Source: Terriglobia bacterium (GTDB lineage Bacteria > Acidobacteriota > Terriglobia > 20CM-2-55-15). From it: 64,000 nt of DNA. The notes under the pieces were generated by a model, which had not been told where the DNA came from, ran no database searches, and saw only the letters and a program-made list of their open reading frames with translations. The position numbers and the translations under genes are program-made. Positions 1-9,559 of this stretch are shown here, in pieces. Position 1 is the stretch's first letter. Every line of letters begins with the position of its first letter. The stretch lies in assembly GCA_963664115.2 (NCBI GenBank), contig CAXWPJ010000009.1:672001-736000 (forward strand). Reading direction: 5' to 3'.

Positions 1-1100
1 AAGGTGATGATCAGCCGCGCGCCGGTAGCGCCGGTGGGGTGACCCAGGGCAATGGCGCCGCCATTGACGTTGGTCTTTGCCCGGACAGCTTCGACCTTTT
101 CTGGGTCGCGACCGCCCATGATCAAAGTCGAAACCAGCGGCATCGCCGCAAAGGCCTCGTTGATCTCGATCAAGTCGATATCCTCAACCGTCATACCCGC
201 TTTTTCCAGCGCAAGCCGAGCCCCCTCGGCCGGAATCGATGCCAGCTTGTCGGGATGGCCGGAAGCCATAGCCCAGGCCATAAGGCTTGCGAGGGGCTTC
301 GTACCTCTCTTCTTCGCCTCCTCAGCGGACATCAATAGCATCGCGGAGGACCCGGTACTGAGACCCGGAGCGTTACCGGGAGTGACGGTCGGACTGCCAT
401 AAATAGTCTTTAACTTGGCCAGTTTCTCCAACGAGCTGTCGGCTCGCGGAGACTCATCTTCCTCCACTATGATTGGATCTCCCCGACGTTGCGGCACTTC
501 AATCGAAACCAGTTCATCTTTGAAATATCCCGCCTCTTTGGCCTTGAAATAATTCTGATGGCTCCTGAGGGCCCAGGCGTCCTGTTCCTCACGCGTCACA
601 TTGAATTCAACGGCCTCTTCTCCCGCCTGAAGAGCACGGGGTTTGCCCGTCATCGGGCAGGCGATGATCAACTGGTCTTTGAGGGTGACATCCCCCAGGC
701 GTTTTCCCCATCGAAGGTCGTTCAAGAAGTACGGAACCTTGCTCATGTTCTCAACACCGCCCGCGAGGACGACCTTGGACTCGCCAAGGCGGATGGAGCG
801 TGACCCTAAGTTGACAGCAGCAATGGACGAACAGCAGGCCCGGTCTACCGTATACGCAACCCGATTGGCAGGGATTCCGGATTCGATCAAGACCTGCCGG
901 GCAATCGAGCGGTCCGCACCCGGCAAGTTGACGCCTGTCGCCACTTCTTCTACGTCCGCGGGCTCGACACCGGCCCGCCGAATCGCTTCGGCCATGACCC
1001 GGCCACCGAGTTCGGGTAAGCTAAAATCCTTCAGGGCACCGCCGAACTTGCCGAAGGGGCTCCGCACGGCGCTTATGACAACGACTTCTTCCTGACTCAC
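1..1100 (-). CDS. Thiolase (acetyl-CoA C-acyltransferase), 3' end runs off the window
   Basis: Manual translation: GTG start at 1100 gives MSQEEVVVISAVRSPFGKFGGALKD; active-site region DRACCSS; C-terminal NVNGGAIALGHPTGATGARL motif at the window edge. Confidence 0.93.
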   Translation of the reverse strand, partial: MSQEEVVVISAVRSPFGKFGGALKDFSLPELGGRVMAEAIRRAGVEPADVEEVATGVNLPGADRSIARQVLIESGIPANRVAYTVDRACCSSIAAVNLGSRSIRLGESKVVLAGGVENMSKVPYFLNDLRWGKRLGDVTLKDQLIIACPMTGKPRALQAGEEAVEFNVTREEQDAWALRSHQNYFKAKEAGYFKDELVSIEVPQRRGDPIIVEEDESPRADSSLEKLAKLKTIYGSPTVTPGNAPGLSTGSSAMLLMSAEEAKKRGTKPLASLMAWAMASGHPDKLASIPAEGARLALEKAGMTVEDIDLIEINEAFAAMPLVSTLIMGGRDPEKVEAVRAKTNVNGGAIALGHPTGATGARLIIT

Positions 1101-1143
1101 AATATTTCTCCTGCATCCTCTATGAACATTTCCGACACTCTGT

Positions 1144-2364
1144 CTAAATGACTTTTTGCTCTTTCAATTCTGCTATCTGCTCTTGGGTGTAACCCAGTTC
1201 CCCGCTCAGAATTTCAGCGTTGTGCTCCCCTAACAACGGCGCCGGCTCCGTGCGTGGTTCCGGGTTCGCCGACAGTTTGGCCACTGGACCCACAAGCTTC
1301 ACCGAACCCATCACAGGATCGGGCACATCGATCAGCAGCTTTCGGGCGGCAACGTGGGGATCTTCAAAGATGTCCTGAGCGTTTTGCACGGGACCGACGG
1401 GCAGCCCAGCAGCCAATAGTTTCTCGGTTGCTTCGGCGCGGGTGTTTCCGGCAAACCACTCGTTGATAATATCGCCCAACCAACCGGACATATTCCCGGC
1501 GCGCTCGGGACCCGAAGTCGTTCCCTCGTGTCCGGCCAGATCGGGTCGGCCGATCGCCTCGCAGAACTTGCCCCAGTCGCGTTCAGTGGCGACGATCAGG
1601 CCCACATAGCCATCCGTGCACTCGAACGGCCCCCAAGGGGCCATATACGGCTCGCGCCCCCGTGAGAGGGTGGTTCCAGCCAGAGAGTAGGCCGAGACTG
1701 AACGTTCGGCCAATCCAATGATGGTGTCGTACATGGAGACATCAATGTACTGCCCTTTGCCGGTTTCCTTGCGCTGATACAGGGCCAAAGCAATGGCGTT
1801 GGCCGCGTTCATACCCGAGACGATGTCGCCCAGGGCCGAGCCCAGCCACGTTGGAGGGCCGTCAGCCTGACCGCAGGAATGCATCATCCCTCCCATCGCC
1901 TGGGCCACGATGTCGTAGGCCGGCCGCTTACTGTAAGGTCCCAGGAAGCCATCCATGCTGCCAAAGCCCGAAATACAGGTGTAAATGAGGCCGGGATTGA
2001 GTTCTGACAATGCTTTGTAGCCGACACCCATATCATCGAGCAGACCGGGCCGGAAGTTTTCCACAACGACGTCCGATTCCTTCGCCAAATCGCGAAAGAG
2101 CTCACGGCCTTTGTCGCTCTTGAGGTTAAGCGTCAGGCTGCGCTTGTTGCGATTAAACCGGAGGAAGTAACCACTTTGTGTTTCTCCCTTGTCGTTCTTG
2201 AGTTTCGGCGCACCTCCGCGGGCGGTGTCACCACCTTGGGGGCGTTCTACTTTGATGACGTTGGCCCCCTGGTCGGCCAGCATCATGGTGCAATACGGGC
2301 CGGCCACTTGAATTTCGAAGCTCAGCACTTTTATGCCTTCGAGAGGTCTTCTGGGGCGACTCAC
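1144..2364 (-). CDS. CaiB/BaiF family III CoA-transferase
   Basis: LEGIKVL..AGPYCTMMLADQGANVIKVE, NRNKRSLTLNLK, DVVVENFRPG, AYDIVAQAMGG, APLLGEHN motifs. Confidence 0.95.
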   Translation of the reverse strand: MSRPRRPLEGIKVLSFEIQVAGPYCTMMLADQGANVIKVERPQGGDTARGGAPKLKNDKGETQSGYFLRFNRNKRSLTLNLKSDKGRELFRDLAKESDVVVENFRPGLLDDMGVGYKALSELNPGLIYTCISGFGSMDGFLGPYSKRPAYDIVAQAMGGMMHSCGQADGPPTWLGSALGDIVSGMNAANAIALALYQRKETGKGQYIDVSMYDTIIGLAERSVSAYSLAGTTLSRGREPYMAPWGPFECTDGYVGLIVATERDWGKFCEAIGRPDLAGHEGTTSGPERAGNMSGWLGDIINEWFAGNTRAEATEKLLAAGLPVGPVQNAQDIFEDPHVAARKLLIDVPDPVMGSVKLVGPVAKLSANPEPRTEPAPLLGEHNAEILSGELGYTQEQIAELKEQKVI

Positions 2365-2868
2365 TTATGTCCTCCAAGATTTGGAACGGAGATCAAGAAG
2401 AGGTAAACAGAAGGATTGAACTTTATAATACTTCCCTTCCCAACACAAGTGACCCACCTGACTGGACTTCGGCCACATTGAATCCCTGAAACTCCGGATA
2501 TTTGTTTCCTGATTCTGGTAAATCATTGAGCGGTGCTAATGGAACCGATCTGCCTGTCAGGTTCGTGGAGAACCCGGTTCGGCCGCACTTGCGGCGTTGG
2601 TTCTCCCTCGCTCCATCAATAACTGACCCGTCTGAGATCACGTTCAGCAAATCGAGACCGGCGATCATCTGAAAGGGCTACTGAATTGAGTGTCGACTCC
2701 CTGACTTGGGCACACTCCGACTTTTTTGATTCTGAAGCTCAATACTCCTTTATTATTATAACTCTGGGTACTGCTACTCTTTGAGTGATCGCTCGAGCGA
2801 CCCTCTTACGGGTCGAATTGCAGACCCGGGATCGCAGCTCGGACTCCCTTTCCGGAGACAATCGAACT

Positions 2869-3270
2869 ATGACGAATGAGAAGATCCGCGTAGTCGTTGC
2901 CAAGCCCGGCCTCGACGGTCATGACCGCGGTGCAAAAGTGATTGCTCGAGCCTTTCTTGATGCCGGATTCGAAGTCGTCTACACGGGGCTGCGGCAAACG
3001 CCTGAACAAATCGTCAATGCTGCTCTGCAGGAAGATGCTGACGTTATTGGACTTTCGGTGCTTTCCGGAGCACATATGACGCTGTGCCCGCGAATTACGG
3101 AACTGATGAAGAAGGAAGGCCTCGACGACGTGATGCTCTTAGTCGGCGGCATTATTCCGGATCAGGACATCCAGGAGCTGAAAAAATGCGGTGTTTCTGA
3201 GATTTTTCAACCCGGAGCGTCCACCGTGGACATCGTGGCATACGTCCAGGAAAACGTACGCGGGAAATAA
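2869..3270 (+). CDS. Stand-alone cobalamin-binding subunit of an acyl-CoA mutase
   Basis: [10 protein letters not shown] (DxHxxG) and [14 protein letters not shown] motifs; ATG at 2869 preferred. Confidence 0.93.
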   Translation: MTNEKIRVVVAKPGLDGHDRGAKVIARAFLDAGFEVVYTGLRQTPEQIVNAALQEDADVIGLSVLSGAHMTLCPRITELMKKEGLDDVMLLVGGIIPDQDIQELKKCGVSEIFQPGASTVDIVAYVQENVRGK

Positions 3271-3375
3271 AAAGATCTCTGAACATATCCATCTTCGATC
3301 GAAGCCCTCCCTGGTTGTGCAGTCTAGCAGTGTTTAACTGGCAGTCCGCGGCAGAGATAACACTCGAATTCCACA

Positions 3376-4029
3376 ATGCGATATGCCCTGGTACCGGTTA
3401 AGGAATTGAGCCAGGCGAAGGAACGGCTGGCCCCGCTGCTCTCGCCCGATGAACGCCAAGCGCTGGCCGTCGCCATGCTTGATGACGTACTCTCGACCCT
3501 GGAGCAATCATCGGGACTGGAACGTATTGCATTGGTCACGCGGGATGCACACGCCACATCGCTGGCCGTGGGGAGAGGATTTGAGGTGGTCGATGAAGGA
3601 TTGGGTCAGGGCTTGACCGACGCAGTCGAAACGGGCGTCCGGGCATGCCGCGACCGCGGCGCCAGTTCCCTGGCAGTCATTCCCGGAGATATCCCCCTGG
3701 TGACGCCGGCTGACATCGATTCCGTGATGGACCACGGTGCCCGGTACGAAGTTGTCATCGTCCCGTCGTGGGACAGCCGCGGCACGAACGCTGTTCTCTT
3801 AGAGCCGCCTGACGTGCTTCCATTGCGATTCAGCTCCTGGAGCTTTTTTCCGCACGTCAAGGCTGCCAAGCAGGCGGGACTCTCCTACAAGGTGCTGCGG
3901 CTGCCGCGTGTGGCTCTGGATGTCGACACACCGGAAGATCTGGTGCGATTGATGCCGCAGGCGATGGGAACACGCAGTTATTCCGTGTTGGAAGACATGG
4001 GATTTCTCGCCAAAATAGAGAGACGATAG
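3376..4029 (+). CDS. cofC: 2-phospho-L-lactate/PEP guanylyltransferase
   Basis: VPVKELSQAKERL, AMLDDVL, PGDIPL, GTNA, DVDTPEDL motifs; F420 gene context. Confidence 0.92.
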   Translation: MRYALVPVKELSQAKERLAPLLSPDERQALAVAMLDDVLSTLEQSSGLERIALVTRDAHATSLAVGRGFEVVDEGLGQGLTDAVETGVRACRDRGASSLAVIPGDIPLVTPADIDSVMDHGARYEVVIVPSWDSRGTNAVLLEPPDVLPLRFSSWSFFPHVKAAKQAGLSYKVLRLPRVALDVDTPEDLVRLMPQAMGTRSYSVLEDMGFLAKIERR

Positions 4030-4041
4030 CAAATACCTGAT

Positions 4042-4797
4042 ATGTCTTCTGAAATGCGCATCATCGGATTGAGGGGATTACCCGACATTACACCGGGACT
4101 CGATCTCGCTTCTACAATCGCCGAAGCGTTAAAGGCCGAGAGCCTTACATTGGGCGCAGATGACATTCTCGTGGTCACGCAAAAGGTGATTTCCAAGTCA
4201 GAGGGGCGGTTGGTGGATCTCCAAACGGTTACGCCTTCCCCCTTTGCCGAACAGTTTGCCCTCAGGCACGAAAAGGATCCCCGCGTCGTCGAGGTGGTTT
4301 TGCGGGAAAGCAGGCGCATTGTAAAAATGGATCAGGGCACGATTATTTCAGAAACGCAACATGGGTTCGTGTGCGCCAATGCCGGCGTGGACGAATCGAA
4401 TCTGAAAGATGAAGGAACCGTTGCCTTGTTGCCCGAGGACGCCGATCTCTCGGCAAGAAAACTACGGTCTGCTATCGGTCAACTCACCGGAGTTGAACCC
4501 GCAATCATTATCTCAGATACCTTCGGCCGCCCCTGGCGCGATGGCCTGGTCGACGTTGCGATCGGTGTGGCGGGGATGGAAGCGCTGAAGGACTACCGCG
4601 ACCTGCCGGACACCGAAGGGCGCGTTATGAAAGTAACAGCGGTGGCCGTCGCAGACGAAATTGCTTCTGCAGCGGAGCTGGTGATGGGCAAATTGGACAG
4701 GGTTCCGGTAGCGCTTGTACGGGGCTATGCATACACACCGGGCGACGGAGGCGTTGGAGAGCTTATCCGGCCCCCCGAAAAGGACTTGTTTCGATAG
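4042..4797 (+). CDS. cofE: F420-0:L-glutamate ligase
   Basis: DILVVTQKVISKSEG, CANAGVDESN, ISDTFGRPWRDG, DEIASAAELVMGK, DLFR end. Confidence 0.95.
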   Translation: MSSEMRIIGLRGLPDITPGLDLASTIAEALKAESLTLGADDILVVTQKVISKSEGRLVDLQTVTPSPFAEQFALRHEKDPRVVEVVLRESRRIVKMDQGTIISETQHGFVCANAGVDESNLKDEGTVALLPEDADLSARKLRSAIGQLTGVEPAIIISDTFGRPWRDGLVDVAIGVAGMEALKDYRDLPDTEGRVMKVTAVAVADEIASAAELVMGKLDRVPVALVRGYAYTPGDGGVGELIRPPEKDLFR

Positions 4798-4816
4798 TAA
4801 GAAGGAGGACCCTACT

Positions 4817-5470
4817 GTGAAGATCGCGATCTTGGGTGGAACTGGGGAACAGGGCCCTGGCCTGGCGTTGCGCTGGGCGAAAGCGGGAGAGGAAATCATC
4901 ATTGGATCGCGCACCAGTGAGAAGGCGGAAAAGGTTGCGGCGGAGTTGAACGTCGAACAACCCGGCGCAGCAATCACCGGCATGGCGAACGCCGCCGCCG
5001 CCGAAGCGGCTGAAATCGTCGTCCTGACCGTACCCTATTCAGCACACCTGAAAACTCTGGAAAGCGTCAAGCAGCAGGTTCAGGGGAAAGTATTTATCGA
5101 TGTTTCGGTCCCGCTGGATCCTGAGAATCCAAGGCATATGAAGATGCCGGCGGCAGGCTCGGCCACAGAGGAAGCGCAGGAATTCCTCGGCCCGGAAACA
5201 AAGGTTGTCGCTGCGTTCCAGAATGTTGCGGCCCACCTGCTCCGCGATCCCGACCACGCCATCGACTGTGACGTAATGATTTGCGGGAACGACAAGGACG
5301 CGCGGAAGACGGTCCGGGAGTTGGTGGCCAAGATGGGCTTTAGAGTTCACGACGTGGGCACAGCCGACAGCGCTCGTGTAATCGAAGGCATGACCTCGAT
5401 TCTGATTCGCCTGAACATTCGAAACAAGGTGAAGGCTGGAGGGATCCGCCTGACTGGTCTGCCGGGATAG
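4817..5470 (+). CDS. npdG: F420H2:NADP+ oxidoreductase
   Basis: KIAILGGTGEQGPGLALRW, IGSR, VVAAFQNVAA, NIRNKVKAGGIRLTG; GTG at 4817 after AGGAGG RBS. Confidence 0.92.
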   Translation: MKIAILGGTGEQGPGLALRWAKAGEEIIIGSRTSEKAEKVAAELNVEQPGAAITGMANAAAAEAAEIVVLTVPYSAHLKTLESVKQQVQGKVFIDVSVPLDPENPRHMKMPAAGSATEEAQEFLGPETKVVAAFQNVAAHLLRDPDHAIDCDVMICGNDKDARKTVRELVAKMGFRVHDVGTADSARVIEGMTSILIRLNIRNKVKAGGIRLTGLPG

Positions 5471-5502
5471 ATGGTTTTGACAAACGTCAATTCAAAACAT
5501 CT

Positions 5503-6786
5503 TCACTTGGCGATCACCTTAGCTCGACGCGAATAGCGAAACTCTTTCGACGTGGCCAGCTTGGTGTAAGAGCCGAAGCGTTGGTCGGAATCTTCGATGG
5601 AGTCGAGCGGGGTCGGGGTATCGTCGTTCTCGTTTGCGTCGTATACGTGAAGCAATTCGTAATTCGTCTTGCGTTGGGCCGGAACGCGTCCTGCATCGCG
5701 AATCAGACGGCGGAGTTCTTTCGGTGGAATAAGCTGTCCGTATTGGGCGCCGGCTGAGGTGGAAATACTCTCGTTCATCAGTGTCCCGCCGACGTCGTTC
5801 GCCCCCGCCCCCAGCAGCAATTGTGCAAGCCGCGGTCCCTCCTTCACCCATGATGACTGGAGGTTGGGTATGGAAGCGCCCAGCATTAATCGAGCAACAG
5901 CATGCAGTTTAACCACCTCCATACCGCTCGGGCCGGGACGCATGTTCTTGTGCACACGATGCTGATACATCGGAGCTTCCTGGGAAATCATCGAAAGAGG
6001 TACGAACTCTGTGATCCCACCCGTGTCGTGCTGAATGTCCCGCAGCAACTCCATGTGTTTCACCCAATGTAGCGGCGTTTCAATGTGGCCATACATTATC
6101 GTTGAGGTCGTAGGAATGCCGAGGCTGTGGGCCGTTCGAATGACCTCGACCCACTGCTTCACCGTAATGCGTCCCGGGGAAATCACGTCACGCACGTCCT
6201 GGTCGAGAATTTCCGCCGACGTGCCCGGAAGGGAATCCAGTCCGGCCTCTTTGAGGGCCTTAAGATAGTCCTCGATCGACGTACCGGACCGTGTCGCGCC
6301 ATAAAGCACCTCTTCGGGCGAAAACGCGTGTATGTGGACATCCGGAACGACCTTCTTGACCTCTCGCGTGAGATCCACGTAGAGGTTCCCATCCATGTCC
6401 GGTGGCATGCCGGCTTGCATGCACACTTCCGTTGCGCCCATTTCCACGGCTTCAACCGTTCGCCGGATGATTTCGTCAAAGGTTAGAAGGTAGCCCTCTT
6501 CGTTTCGATACGTCCGGCTGAATGCACAGAAACCGCAAGCCTTCACGCAGACGTTGGTGAAGTTAATGTTGCGATTGATGACGTAGGTCACCGTGTCGCC
6601 CACCTGGATCTTTCTCAACTGGTCGGCGGCAAAAACGGTTGCGTGAAAGTCCGCTCCGTTTGTCTCGCACAATCGGACCGCTTCGGTCCCGGAGATCTCT
6701 TCACCTTCCAACGCCCGGGACAGAATTCTGTTTATGTCCGGATCGATGTTACCCGGCAAAGAAGGCAGCGTATCGCGTGTCATCAA
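5503..6786 (-). CDS. cofH: FO synthase subunit 2 (radical SAM)
   Basis: YVINRNINFTNVCVKACGFCAF (CxxxCxxC), PGTSAEIL, TSTIMYGHIE, SWVKEG, GGTLMNESIS. Confidence 0.93.
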   Translation of the reverse strand: MMTRDTLPSLPGNIDPDINRILSRALEGEEISGTEAVRLCETNGADFHATVFAADQLRKIQVGDTVTYVINRNINFTNVCVKACGFCAFSRTYRNEEGYLLTFDEIIRRTVEAVEMGATEVCMQAGMPPDMDGNLYVDLTREVKKVVPDVHIHAFSPEEVLYGATRSGTSIEDYLKALKEAGLDSLPGTSAEILDQDVRDVISPGRITVKQWVEVIRTAHSLGIPTTSTIMYGHIETPLHWVKHMELLRDIQHDTGGITEFVPLSMISQEAPMYQHRVHKNMRPGPSGMEVVKLHAVARLMLGASIPNLQSSWVKEGPRLAQLLLGAGANDVGGTLMNESISTSAGAQYGQLIPPKELRRLIRDAGRVPAQRKTNYELLHVYDANENDDTPTPLDSIEDSDQRFGSYTKLATSKEFRYSRRAKVIAK

Positions 6787-6861
6787 GTTCCTCGGTTCAG
6801 AATCAATTCGTCAAATGGCCGGTACCTGCCCGCTTACCCTAGAGTCCAGCCCTTTATATTC

Positions 6862-8013
6862 CTATACAATCGCAGCTTGAAGATCCAACACTATCGCTTC
6901 CAGACGGTCGGGAAGAAATCCCTGACGCTCAATGTATTCATCGTAGATTGCCAGCCGCTCGCACAACTCAAACCCCTCTTCCCGACAGGTATCAGCAAGC
7001 GATTGGATGTGTGGCCAGGCCGCTTCAGGATTGACGTAGTCCTCGGTTACCGGTGAAATACCGCCCCAGTCGTTGATACCCGCGCGAAGCAAAAGCCTGT
7101 AATCGTCGGGATTCAGGTTCGGGGGAACCTGAAGGTTCATGTCCGGGCCCAAAATCAGGCGGGCTACGGCAACGGTCTTCGCGATTTCCATTGCATCCGG
7201 CTCGGGAAACTCCGACATGCGCGTGTCAGCCTTGGCACGGAAGTTCTGGACAATAACTTCCTGGATGTGACCGTAGGTTTCGTGAAGATCACGAATAGCG
7301 ATGAGACTGTCGACAATTTCATCGCGGGTTTCTCCAATCCCGATGAGAATTCCTGTCGTGAAGGCAATAGACAACTCTCCCGCCTCACGCAGCATTCGCA
7401 GACGAACTTCAGGGTGCTTGTCCGGTGCTGAAAAGTGCGGCATGCCTTTCAGGGACAGCCGTGGACTGACCGTCTCAAGCATCAAACCGAGGCTGGCGTT
7501 CACCGGTTTCAGTAACTCCATCTCCTCGAAACTGAGCACACCTGCATTCGTGTGCGGCAGGAACCCGTGCTCAGCTGCCATTTCACAGGCACGGAACACG
7601 TATTCAGCAGTCGTCTGGTGCCCAAAACTGGCCAGAGTTTCGCGATAATGTGGATAGGCCACCTCCGGTTTATCGCCCAGGCACATCAGTGCTTCCTTGC
7701 AACCCTGCGCACTTCCCAACTCAAGCGTGTGGCGGATATCGCTCGGCGTCATCGTCCATTCATCCGGGTCGGTCGGATCCTTCCGGAAGGTGCAATAGGA
7801 GCAACGGTCCCGGCATAGATTCGTAACGGGGAGAAATACTTTTCTCGAGTAGGTCACGACCCTGCCCTTCGACCGATCGCGCAGCTGGCCTGCCGTCTCA
7901 ATGACGGACTCGACTTCAGAGGCTTCGCAGTGAATCAGGCGGTATCCCTCTTCAGGCGAAAGGGATTCACCGGCAAGTGCCTTTTCCAGAATCATGTCGA
8001 TTCGCAGGGGCAT
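6862..8013 (-). CDS. cofG: FO synthase subunit 1 (radical SAM)
   Basis: TYSRKVFLPVTNLCRDRCSYCTF, PHTNAG, FTTGILIGIGE, QVPPNL, GINDWGGISP, NPEAAWP. Confidence 0.95.
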   Translation of the reverse strand: MPLRIDMILEKALAGESLSPEEGYRLIHCEASEVESVIETAGQLRDRSKGRVVTYSRKVFLPVTNLCRDRCSYCTFRKDPTDPDEWTMTPSDIRHTLELGSAQGCKEALMCLGDKPEVAYPHYRETLASFGHQTTAEYVFRACEMAAEHGFLPHTNAGVLSFEEMELLKPVNASLGLMLETVSPRLSLKGMPHFSAPDKHPEVRLRMLREAGELSIAFTTGILIGIGETRDEIVDSLIAIRDLHETYGHIQEVIVQNFRAKADTRMSEFPEPDAMEIAKTVAVARLILGPDMNLQVPPNLNPDDYRLLLRAGINDWGGISPVTEDYVNPEAAWPHIQSLADTCREEGFELCERLAIYDEYIERQGFLPDRLEAIVLDLQAAIV

Positions 8014-8035
8014 CTAGTCATTTTACATCAGGTGG

Positions 8036-8072
8036 GACGGACACTTCAGAATCGGATTCTGAAGTGTCCGTC
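8036..8072. repeat. REP-like perfect palindrome, copy 1
   Basis: GACGGACACTTCAGAATC-G-GATTCTGAAGTGTCCGTC (18-bp arms) immediately after the meaB stop. Confidence 0.85.
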
Positions 8073-8074
8073 GC

Positions 8075-9028
8075 CTACAATTTCCCAAACTTCGTATTGG
8101 AGACGATCTTTTCAACAATCGAATACGGATCCTGCTTACGATCCGCAATTTCACCGATAATCCTATCCAGGTCTCCGTCGGCAAAGACATCATCGAGAGC
8201 TGTGCTCACCAGCCGCACCTGCAACTGTGTCATCAGCCGCCCCCGGGCAGCAGCGCGTTTCTTCTGGTTCGAAATATTCGAATCCTCGAAAAACTGCCTA
8301 CACTCGGCGATTCTCTCGACTAATTCGGCGACGCCGTCACCCTTAGTCGCCACCGTCTTGACGATAGTAGGATTCCAACCGTCCGCACGATGTGCCAACG
8401 ACAGCATTGCGGTGATCGCACTCTCCATTTTTTCAGCCCCGGGACGGTCCGATTTGTTGATCACGAAAATATCCGCGATTTCCATGATGCCGGCCTTGAT
8501 TGTCTGAATGTCATCTCCCATTCCCGGAACCAGGACCACCACCGAAACGTCTGCCAGCTTTGCGATCTCAATCTCATCCTGGCCCACGCCCACCGTTTCG
8601 ACGATGATCGGGTCGCGGCCGGCAGCATCCATGACGGTTACCACGTCCGCCGTTGTCGCGGCCAGACCGCCCATGTTGCCTCGCGTTGCCATGCTTCTGA
8701 TATAGATTTCGGGGTCGACACCCAGTGTCTGCATCCGAATGCGATCACCAAGAATCGCGCCGCCGGTGAACGGGCTGCTTGGATCCACGGCGACAATACC
8801 AACTCTTTCGTCTCTCTGCCTGCAGTCCAGCGCCAGTCGATCCACAAGCGTACTCTTACCCGCCCCGGGACTTCCGGTTACGCCAAGAATCCTCGACTGT
8901 CCACTCTTGGAAAACAATTGCTGCAGGATGTCCAGGCTGTCGGGCGAACGATTTTCGACTCGCGTGATCACGCGAGCCAAAGCACGTATCTCACCGTTTA
9001 AGAGACCCGATATAAGGTCTTTATCCAT
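8075..9028 (-). CDS. meaB: MeaB/ArgK GTPase chaperone of a B12 mutase (copy 1)
   Basis: GVTGSPGAGKST, AVDPSSPFTGGAILGDRIRM, ETVGVGQ, GDDIQTIKAG, NKSD. Confidence 0.93.
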   Translation of the reverse strand: MDKDLISGLLNGEIRALARVITRVENRSPDSLDILQQLFSKSGQSRILGVTGSPGAGKSTLVDRLALDCRQRDERVGIVAVDPSSPFTGGAILGDRIRMQTLGVDPEIYIRSMATRGNMGGLAATTADVVTVMDAAGRDPIIVETVGVGQDEIEIAKLADVSVVVLVPGMGDDIQTIKAGIMEIADIFVINKSDRPGAEKMESAITAMLSLAHRADGWNPTIVKTVATKGDGVAELVERIAECRQFFEDSNISNQKKRAAARGRLMTQLQVRLVSTALDDVFADGDLDRIIGEIADRKQDPYSIVEKIVSNTKFGKL

Positions 9029-9108
9029 CAGGAACTTAGACGACTAGAGGGAAGTTTTAGGGTGTTGATTCCCATGGATCGCATTGTATCGCATAGAATA
9101 CGGCGCTT

Positions 9109-9510
9109 ATGATGGAAGTCAAACTACAGACCTACTGGCCCGATTGTGATCCGGCCGGCATCGTTTATTTTGCCAATTTTTTCCGCTTCATCGGGTTGGC
9201 CGAAGAAGAGCTGTTTCTCCTCGCCAAACAGCGCCGCCAGAAAATGCTCGACGCACATGACCTCTGGATGCCGCGTGTAGAAACGCACGCAAAATTTCTC
9301 AAACCGATTCAGAACGGCAGTGCGATTCGAGTGCGTATGGACGCGCAGTTTCAGGGTGAAAAGACGGTACGTTACGACTTTGAGGTGCTGGACAACGCGA
9401 CGGATGCTTTGCTCGCTACCGGTTTCCTGACAGCCGTCTGCGTGGACCGGAAAACGTTCAAGGCAAAACCAATACCTGAAGAAATAAGAAACGTGCTCCG
9501 CGGGACTTGA
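9109..9510 (+). CDS. Hotdog-fold acyl-CoA thioesterase (4HBT/YbgC-like)
   Basis: DCDPAGIVYFANFF motif, 133 aa. Confidence 0.85.
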   Translation: MMEVKLQTYWPDCDPAGIVYFANFFRFIGLAEEELFLLAKQRRQKMLDAHDLWMPRVETHAKFLKPIQNGSAIRVRMDAQFQGEKTVRYDFEVLDNATDALLATGFLTAVCVDRKTFKAKPIPEEIRNVLRGT

Positions 9511-9512
9511 AA

Positions 9513-9553
9513 GGGACGGACACTTCAGAATCGGATTCTGAAGTGTCCGTCCC
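9513..9553. repeat. REP-like perfect palindrome, copy 2 (may act as a bidirectional terminator)
   Basis: GGGACGGACACTTCAGAATC-G-GATTCTGAAGTGTCCGTCCC (20-bp arms) between convergent stops at 9510 and 9560; core identical to 8036-8072. Confidence 0.85.
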
Positions 9554-9559
9554 CTGAGA

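Noticed and set aside
2423-2780. 81-aa ORF or regulatory RNA in the divergent gap
   Set aside because: No recognisable domain, RBS or structure
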